Positions 1-4,141 of a DNA stretch of 4,141 nucleotides are shown here, in pieces. The DNA is from a virus. Its lineage: Duplodnaviria; Heunggongvirae; Uroviricota; Caudoviricetes. The notes below the pieces were generated by a model. That model searched no databases and was not told where the DNA came from. It saw only the letters and a program-made list of their open reading frames with translations. Both the position numbers and the translations under genes were made by a program. The stretch lies in the IMG/VR virus record IMGVR_UViG_2778261231_000011; one strand, 5' to 3'. Numbering within the stretch: position 1 is the first letter of the stretch; every line of letters starts with the position of its first letter.

Positions 1-1143
1 CTATGCTGTTTTGATATCTACGATAACCCAGTCTTTACCACGATCATCATTGTATCGGTCGGTCATTTTTCTGGATTTATGGCCTAACAACTTTTGCGTA
101 TCCAGACCCTGTTCCCGATATAACCGTTCTGACAGAGATCGCTGCTCATGAAATGTGGGCGCAGTTCCTTGCTCCCATTTTATGCCACATTTTTCCCTGG
201 CCTTTTTAAAAGCCGTTGTCAGAGTATTTGCAGAAACCTGGTCTCCTCTGTTTGCTTGAGAGGTAGTGTGACGGTAATGGACCAGATATTTACTAACAAC
301 AGCATCCCTGCACTGAGATATAACTTCACGAAGGGTAATATTCAGAGCATCGCATTTCAGGTTAAGCGGAATAGCAAGTTTTGAACCGGTTTTTTCCTGA
401 GTAATGTGCAACATGTCGTCCCATATATCAGAGAATTTCAAATTGCAGATATCGCCTAAACGTTGTCCAGTAACAAGAGCAAGTAGCATGCCGCATTTTA
501 AATAGGGCTGCCGTCTGCTTACGCTTTCAAATATTGCCTGCCATTCGGGCAGTGACAATCTTTGGCGGTTTACTCGATTTCGCGGTTGTTTTGTTGCCTG
601 CGCTGGGTTAAATCCTGGCGGAACATGTCCTGCGTGTTGTGCTTCTTTGAAGACGTCGATCAACACCATTCTCACGACTTGCGCCATCCTGTTATGACCT
701 TCAGCCTTTACAGCATCAATTATTTCGGCAATATCAAGTGCGGTAATATCCTTGAGGTGTTGCATTCCACAATGCTCACGGAAAAGACGAATGGGTTTGC
801 CTTTTTGCCGATAGGAGTTGGGTCTTAGTTCATTATGTTGCAGCCTGTCCTCCTGGATAGAAATATATTTATCAAGCCATTCTGTCACCGTAATGTCTGA
901 GCGCCTGCCTTTCATTCTTTCCAGACGCTCATTGACGCTTAATATTTGTCTGGTACGTTGTTCAGCAATAATGGTATTTGCTTCAGTAGCAACTTGTTTT
1001 GCTTCATTCTCATCAGTTCCTAAGCTATGAAAACGACCGGATAGTGGATGTTTGTATTGCCAATATACCTTTCCGGTTCGCTTATCTAATTTGCAATATA
1101 AATTGGGTATAGAGATTTTGTGAGATCGGGGTCTAGCAGCCAT
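1..1143 (-). CDS. int: Site-specific tyrosine recombinase (lambda Int family integrase), 380 aa, complete with stop at 1-3
   Basis: Full-length minus-strand ORF. The N-terminus (RPRSHKISIPNLY...) resembles the lambda Int arm-binding domain. The C-terminal catalytic region aligns by eye with lambda Int: TGQRLGDICNLKFSDI (Arg), QEKTGSKLAIP (Lys), TFHEQRSLSERLY (His-x-x-Arg), LLGHKSRKMTDRYNDDRG (His and the Tyr nucleophile). Its start overlaps the upstream xis-like ORF as in lambda. Confidence 0.93.
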   Translation of the reverse strand: MAARPRSHKISIPNLYCKLDKRTGKVYWQYKHPLSGRFHSLGTDENEAKQVATEANTIIAEQRTRQILSVNERLERMKGRRSDITVTEWLDKYISIQEDRLQHNELRPNSYRQKGKPIRLFREHCGMQHLKDITALDIAEIIDAVKAEGHNRMAQVVRMVLIDVFKEAQHAGHVPPGFNPAQATKQPRNRVNRQRLSLPEWQAIFESVSRRQPYLKCGMLLALVTGQRLGDICNLKFSDIWDDMLHITQEKTGSKLAIPLNLKCDALNITLREVISQCRDAVVSKYLVHYRHTTSQANRGDQVSANTLTTAFKKAREKCGIKWEQGTAPTFHEQRSLSERLYREQGLDTQKLLGHKSRKMTDRYNDDRGKDWVIVDIKTA

Positions 1144-1369
1144 CAGCGATTATCCGTTGGAGTTTTGGGTTTGCGTTTATTGGGAGTTGCGGTTCTGCCA
1201 GCGTTCCTACAAAACGGGAATTTCGGTCAATCATCCAGTAGCGACCAACTTTTATAGCGGGTGGGGCCATCATTTTCCCTTGCGCGTATTTTTTCAGAAC
1301 TCGCTCACTTGGTGCTAAGTCCCCAAATTCTTCTTTAGCCCAGTCCTGTAAAGTGATTAGTCGAGACAT
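1133..1369 (-). CDS. xis: Excisionase (lambda Xis-like winged-helix), 78 aa
   Basis: The N-terminus MSRLITLQDWAKE and the PPAIKVGRYW motif resemble lambda Xis (MYLTLQEW ... PPPVKDGREY). A strong Shine-Dalgarno (AGGAGG on the minus strand, reverse complement of 1372-1380) sits 4 nt before the ATG. The ORF overlaps the int start by 11 nt (1133-1143), matching the xis-int arrangement. Confidence 0.82.
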   Translation of the reverse strand: MSRLITLQDWAKEEFGDLAPSERVLKKYAQGKMMAPPAIKVGRYWMIDRNSRFVGTLAEPQLPINANPKLQRIIADGC

Positions 1370-1508
1370 TTGTCCTCCTCTTAGCTGCTGAGGGAGTTTG
1401 TGACCGATATATCTGACATGATATTAAGCTCATGGCAGGTACATCTCTTGACTGGTCATAGAGATAAATTTAATGCTGAGAAATGCAGTATTGAATTTAT
1501 CAATTTTT
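1370..1508 (-). promoter_or_regulatory. AT-rich intergenic region between the small-gene cluster and xis-int; candidate internal promoter or regulatory region
   Basis: This is a 139 bp non-coding gap, AT-rich, containing a short inverted repeat (ATATC-n6-GATAT at 1409-1424). No strong sigma70 consensus could be defined by eye on either strand. Confidence 0.2.
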
Positions 1509-1748
1509 CTATTTCCTGCGTATGGCACGTAACTTCTTAATGTGTTCTGCCGTTTCGATCTCTTCTGCTATCCGATCTGCATCAGCTTTATTCACAGGTT
1601 CAAAGTCATGATTAAAGCGGAACATGCTGGCGATACATGTTCTGCCTTTTCGGATGTAGTGAACTTTGTTGTGGGTAGAACGCAGGATTTTGCAGGGAGT
1701 GCCGTGGTGGTCGACGTACCAGGTGTCAGGAAAAATGATTCTGAACAT
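1509..1748 (-). CDS. Hypothetical small prophage protein, 79 aa, His/Cys-containing N-terminal half and charged C-terminal helix
   Basis: Minus-strand ORF with a good ribosome-binding site (minus strand reads tGAGGTgtaaaaATG). The sequence is protein-like, with a charged C-terminal segment AEEIETAEHIKKLRAIRRK. It sits where lambda carries its ea/orf accessory genes after xis. The family was not recognised with confidence. Confidence 0.55.
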   Translation of the reverse strand: MFRIIFPDTWYVDHHGTPCKILRSTHNKVHYIRKGRTCIASMFRFNHDFEPVNKADADRIAEEIETAEHIKKLRAIRRK

Positions 1749-1795
1749 TTTTACACCTCAGTTGGACGATGTTGAAATTTGCTGCTTTGAGGCCA

Positions 1796-2014
1796 TCACA
1801 ATCCCCATTGTTTGTTCTTAAGTTCGATCTCCTCCTGGCAACTTGCACAAGTCCGACAACCCTGAACGGCCAGGCGTCTTCGTTCATCTATGGGATCGCC
1901 ACACTTACAACAATGAGTGGCAGATATAGCCTGGTGGTTCAGACGACGCATTTTTATTGCTGTATTGCGCTGTAATTCTTCGATTTCTGATGCTGAATCA
2001 ATGATGTCTGCCAT
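1796..2014 (-). CDS. DksA/TraR-family C4 zinc-finger protein, 72 aa (TraR-like modulator of host RNA polymerase)
   Basis: The motif HCCKCGDPIDERRRLAVQGCRTCASCQ matches the CxxC-(n)-CxxC zinc finger and the conserved G(N/D)PI(P/D)E-ARR stretch of F-plasmid TraR (CEACGNPIPEARRKIFPGVTLCVECQ). Length and position are typical of prophage TraR homologues. Confidence 0.85.
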   Translation of the reverse strand: MADIIDSASEIEELQRNTAIKMRRLNHQAISATHCCKCGDPIDERRRLAVQGCRTCASCQEEIELKNKQWGL

Positions 2015-2063
2015 CTTCCATTAATCCCTGAATTGTTGGTTAATACGCTTGAGGGTGAATGCG

Positions 2064-2091
2064 AATAATAAAAAAGGAGCCTGTAGCTCCC
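2064..2091 (-). terminator. Candidate intrinsic (rho-independent) terminator on the minus strand
   Basis: The minus-strand RNA would read G-GGAGC-UACAG-GCUCC-UUUUUUAUUAUU: a 5 bp GC-rich stem (plus 2076-2080 pairing with 2086-2090), a 5 nt loop, and a U-tract (plus-strand A-tract 2064-2075). It lies between the stop of the 71-aa ORF and the start of the TraR-like gene. Confidence 0.4.
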
Positions 2092-2112
2092 TGATGATTT
2101 TGCTTTTCATGT

Positions 2113-2328
2113 TCATCGCTCCTTAAAGAAGCCGTTTAACATGCCGATCGCCAGGCTTAAATGAGTCGGTGTGAATCCCATCAGCGTTACCGTTTCGCGG
2201 TGCTTCTTCAGTACGCTACGGCAAATGTCATCGACGTTTTTATCCGGAAACTGCTGTCTGGCTTTTTTGATTTCAGAATTAGCCTGACGGGCAATGCTGC
2301 GAAGGGCGTTTTCCTGCTGAGGTGTCAT
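2113..2328 (-). CDS. Hypothetical small basic protein, 71 aa (alternative in-frame upstream start at 2394 would give 93 aa)
   Basis: This is the listed ORF 2113..2394, called here from the internal Met (MTPQQENALRSIARQ...). That ATG forms an ATGA overlap with the stop of the upstream 27-codon ORF and has a GGGA 8 nt upstream. The 2394 start has no visible Shine-Dalgarno. The protein is net basic. Confidence 0.5.
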   Translation of the reverse strand: MTPQQENALRSIARQANSEIKKARQQFPDKNVDDICRSVLKKHRETVTLMGFTPTHLSLAIGMLNGFFKER

Positions 2329-2408
2329 TGAACAAGTCCCATGTCGGCAAGCATAAGCACACAGAATATGAAGCCCGCTGCCAGAAAAATGCATTCAGTG
2401 GTTGTCAT
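2325..2408 (-). CDS. Unlisted 27-aa hydrophobic micro-ORF (MTTTECIFLAAGFIFCVLMLADMGLVQ), possible small membrane peptide
   Basis: Found by reading the minus strand between two listed ORFs. Its ATG (2408-2406) overlaps the TGA stop of the 63-aa ORF, and its TGA stop (2327-2325) overlaps the ATG of the 71-aa ORF, both as ATGA. The core is hydrophobic, long enough for one transmembrane helix. It falls below the ORF-track size cutoff. Confidence 0.3.
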   Translation of the reverse strand: MTTTECIFLAAGFIFCVLMLADMGLVQ

Positions 2409-2596
2409 ACCTGGTCTCTCTCATCTGCTTCTGCTTTCGCCACCATCATTTCCAGCTTTTGTGAAAGGGATGCGGCTAACGTATGAAATTCTTCGTCTGT
2501 TTCTACTGGTATTGGCACAAACCTGACTCCAATTTGAGCGAGGCTATGTGCCATCTCGATACTCGTTCTTAACTCAACGGGAGATGCTTTATGCAT
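2405..2596 (-). CDS. Hypothetical small acidic protein, 63 aa
   Basis: Minus-strand ORF MHKASPVELRTSIEMAHSLAQIGVRFVPIPVETDEEFHTLAASLSQKLEMMVAKAEADERDQV. It is net acidic, with a purine-rich stretch (GGGGGG) a few nt upstream of the ATG. It is the first gene of the leftward coupled cassette. The family was not recognised. Confidence 0.5.
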   Translation of the reverse strand: MHKASPVELRTSIEMAHSLAQIGVRFVPIPVETDEEFHTLAASLSQKLEMMVAKAEADERDQV

Positions 2597-3150
2597 ACAG
2601 CCCCCCGTTTATTATTTATCTTCTCAGCCAGCCGCTGTGCTTTCAGTGGATTTCTGATAAACGCCTTTACCCGAATCAGGTAAACACAAAAGACAAACTA
2701 ACAAAAGACAATATAAAACCTTTTTCGTCAGAGAATTCTGGCGAATCCTCTGACCAGCCAGAAAACGATCTTCCTGTGGTGAAACCGGATGCTGCAATTC
2801 AGAGCGGCAGCAAGTGGGGGACAGCAGAAGACCTGACCGCCGCAGAGTGGATGTTTGACATGGTGAAGACCATCGCGCCATCAGCCAGAAAACCGAATTT
2901 TGCAGGGTGGGCTAACGATATCCGCCTGATGCGTGAACGTGACGGACGTAACCACCGCGACATGTGTGTACTGTTCCGCTGGGCATGCCAGGACAACTTC
3001 TGGTCCGGTAACGTGCTGAGTCCGGCCAAACTCCGCGACAAGTGGACCCAGCTCGAAATCAACCGAAACAAGCAACAGGCTGGCGTGACAGCCGGCAAAC
3101 CAAAACTCGACCTGACGAACACTGACTGGATTTACGGGGTGGAGCTATGA
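2548..3150 (+). CDS. O: Replication protein O, C-terminal (P-interacting) domain only; N-terminally truncated with a non-homologous GTG-initiated 5' extension; possibly a pseudogene or remnant
   Basis: From about 2685 onward the translation (TKDKLTKDNIKPFSSENSGESSDQPENDL...WGTAEDLTAAEWMFDMVKTIAPSARKPNFAGWANDIRLMRERDGRNHRDMCVLFRWACQDNFWSGNVLSPAKLRDKWTQLEINRNKQQAGVT...KPKLDLTNTDWIYGVEL) matches, from memory, the linker and C-terminal domain of lambda O. The stop overlaps the P start as ATGA, as in lambda. The first roughly 45 codons show no O similarity. The frame opens at 2527 and the only upstream start is GTG 2548 (GAGG 4 nt upstream); the first in-frame ATG is 2584. Confidence 0.7.
   Translation: MPSRYSFLTQREMLYAYSPPFIIYLLSQPLCFQWISDKRLYPNQVNTKDKLTKDNIKPFSSENSGESSDQPENDLPVVKPDAAIQSGSKWGTAEDLTAAEWMFDMVKTIAPSARKPNFAGWANDIRLMRERDGRNHRDMCVLFRWACQDNFWSGNVLSPAKLRDKWTQLEINRNKQQAGVTAGKPKLDLTNTDWIYGVEL
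2681..2740. other. Remnant of a lambda-type replication origin: AT-rich unwinding segment without the upstream iterons
   Basis: An AT-rich run carries the direct repeat ACAAAAGACAA twice (2686-2696 and 2701-2711), followed by TTTTTCGTCAGAGAATTCTGGCGAATCC with an EcoRI site at 2733-2738. This matches my recollection of the right half of ori-lambda, which lies inside O. No 18-19 bp iteron repeats are visible in the 250 bp upstream. Confidence 0.5.
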
Positions 3151-3848
3151 AAAACATCGCCGCACAGATGGTTAACTTTGACCGTGAGCAGATGCGCCGG
3201 ATCGCCAACAACATGCCGGAACAGTACGACGAAAAGCCGCAGGTACAACAGGTAGCGCAGATCATCAATGGTGTGTTCAGCCAGTTACTGGCAACTTTCC
3301 CGGCGAGCCTGGCTAACCGGGACCAGAACGAACTGAACGAAATCCGCCGCCAGTGGGTGCTGGCTTTCCGGGAAAACGGGATCACCACAATGGAACAGGT
3401 TAACGCAGGAATGCGCGTAGCCCGTCGGCAGAATCGACCATTCCTGCCATCACCCGGGCAGTTTGTTGCCTGGTGCCGGGAAGAAGCATCCGTTAACGCC
3501 GGGCTGCCAAACGTCAGCGAGCTGGTTGATATGGTCTATGAGTATTGTCGGAAGCGTGGCCTGTATCCGGATGCAGAGTCTTATCCGTGGAAATCAAACG
3601 CGCACTACTGGCTGGTTACCAACCTGTACCAGAACATGCGGGCCAATGCGCTTACTGATGCGGAATTACGGCGCAAGGCTGCCGATGAACTGACTTGTAT
3701 GACCGCGCGAATTAACCGTGGTGAGGCGATACCTGAACCAGTAAAACAACTTCCTGTCATGGGCGGTAGACCTCTAAATCGTGCACAGGCTCTGGCGAAG
3801 ATCGCAGAAATCAAAGCGAAGTTCGGACTGAAAGGAGCAACTGTATGA
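3147..3848 (+). CDS. P: Replication protein P (lambda P family; DnaB helicase loader), 233 aa
   Basis: The translation (MKNIAAQMVNFDREQMRRIANNMPEQYDEKPQVQQVAQIINGVFSQLLATFPASL ... AKIAEIKAKFGLKGATV) is recognised as near-identical to bacteriophage lambda P at the same length. ATGA overlaps link it to O' upstream and ren downstream. Confidence 0.93.
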   Translation: MKNIAAQMVNFDREQMRRIANNMPEQYDEKPQVQQVAQIINGVFSQLLATFPASLANRDQNELNEIRRQWVLAFRENGITTMEQVNAGMRVARRQNRPFLPSPGQFVAWCREEASVNAGLPNVSELVDMVYEYCRKRGLYPDAESYPWKSNAHYWLVTNLYQNMRANALTDAELRRKAADELTCMTARINRGEAIPEPVKQLPVMGGRPLNRAQALAKIAEIKAKFGLKGATV

Positions 3849-4141
3849 CGGGCAAAGAGGTAATTATTCATTATCTGGAGACGCACAAGAGCTTCTGTGC
3901 GCAGGACGTTGCTGCGGCAACAGGTGTGACAGTAACCTGCATAAATCAGGCAGCAGCTAAAATGGCGCGGGCAGGAATCCTGGTCATTGATGGTAAGGTC
4001 TGGCGAACGGTGTATTACCGGTTCGCTACCAGAGAAGAACGGGAAGGAAAGGTGAGCACGAACCTGATTTTTAAGGAGTGTCGCCAGAGTGCCGCGATGA
4101 AGCGGGTGTTGGCGGTATATGGGTTATTAGTTATTACTTGA
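3845..4141 (+). CDS. ren: Ren (Rex-exclusion resistance protein) homologue, 98 aa, complete with stop at 4139-4141
   Basis: The translation MTGKEVIIHYLETHKSFCAQDVAAATGVTVTCINQAAAKMARAGILVIDGKVWRTVYYRFATREEREGKVSTNLIFKECRQSAAMKRVL closely matches lambda Ren as I recall it. It sits immediately after P with an ATGA overlap. The last roughly 8 residues may diverge from lambda. Confidence 0.82.
   Translation: MTGKEVIIHYLETHKSFCAQDVAAATGVTVTCINQAAAKMARAGILVIDGKVWRTVYYRFATREEREGKVSTNLIFKECRQSAAMKRVLAVYGLLVIT

Noticed and set aside
148-1030. Plus-strand ORFs 148..384, 562..828 and 818..1030 inside the integrase region
   Set aside because: They lie entirely antisense to a well-supported integrase ORF, have Cys- and Leu-rich low-complexity translations, and lack convincing ribosome-binding sites. 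They are most likely frame artefacts.
1448-1476. TTGACT -35-like hexamer on the plus strand in the 1370-1508 gap
   Set aside because: No acceptable -10 hexamer lies 16-18 bp downstream (the best candidates match TATAAT at only 2 of 6 positions), and it would drive transcription antisense to the accessory genes. It is not supported as a promoter.
1931-1938. Chi-like octamer CCTGGTGG
   Set aside because: It differs from the Chi consensus GCTGGTGG at the first base, and no exact Chi site was found on either strand by eye.
1542-1975. Plus-strand ORFs 1542..1775 and 1769..1975
   Set aside because: They are antisense to the 79-aa ORF and the TraR-like gene, which have better ribosome-binding sites and protein-like or recognisable sequences. 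The plus-strand translations look like antisense artefacts.
2113-2394. Longer 93-aa version of the 71-aa ORF, starting at 2394
   Set aside because: The 2394 ATG has no visible Shine-Dalgarno, and the extension (MHFSGSGLHILCAYACRHGTCS) would overlap the whole hydrophobic micro-ORF in another frame. The internal ATG at 2328 sits in an ATGA coupling context. It is kept only as an alternative.
2341-2526. Plus-strand ORF 2341..2526 (61 aa)
   Set aside because: It is antisense to the ATGA-coupled cassette and its translation is hydrophobic and low-complexity, with no family resemblance. A real gene here cannot be fully excluded, but the minus-strand coupling signals are stronger.
2459-2563. Weak sigma70-like hexamer pairs upstream of O' on the plus strand (TTGTGA-n17-TATGAA around 2459-2487; TTGAGC-n17-GATACT around 2534-2563)
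   Set aside because: Each element matches consensus at only 4 of 6 positions and both lie inside the minus-strand 63-aa coding region. This is too weak to call by eye and needs transcription-start mapping.
2440-2685. Search for lambda-type origin iterons upstream of the AT-rich segment
   Set aside because: No 18-19 bp motif repeated three or four times was seen in this interval, so no iteron or repeat feature is reported.
2624-3886. Minus-strand and alternative-frame ORFs overlapping O' and P (2624..2881, 2799..3122, 2881..3075, 3059..3388, 3463..3693, 3605..3886)
   Set aside because: All overlap the O' and P frames, which show strong recognisable lambda homology. These are expected shadow ORFs in a GC-balanced coding region.
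1-4141. CRISPR arrays, tRNA or rRNA genes, IS elements or terminal inverted repeats
   Set aside because: No regularly spaced direct repeats, tRNA-like cloverleaf segments or transposase-like ORFs were seen. The only mobile-element signature is the phage integrase/excisionase pair.

Overview
This window looks like a compact, rearranged lambdoid prophage segment, bounded exactly by two stop codons (integrase stop at 1-3, ren stop at 4139-4141). The left part (1-2596) is a leftward-transcribed block on the minus strand: a lambda-family tyrosine integrase, an overlapping excisionase, and a string of small accessory genes including a TraR/DksA-type zinc-finger protein, two or three small proteins of unknown function and an unlisted 27-codon hydrophobic peptide. 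The right part (about 2680-4141) is a rightward lambda-type replication module: the C-terminal, P-interacting half of replication protein O, then P (the DnaB helicase loader) and Ren, chained by ATGA stop/start overlaps. The two blocks meet inside what would be the lambda origin. The AT-rich half of ori-lambda and the O C-terminal domain are present, but the O N-terminal DNA-binding domain, the iterons, and the whole recombination and immunity region (exo/bet/gam, N, cI, cro, cII) are missing. The most interesting feature is therefore an integrase/excisionase element carrying an origin-less O'-P-ren module with no repressor, plus a tightly coupled cassette of tiny genes. All family assignments are by eye and from memory of the lambda proteins; no database search was possible.
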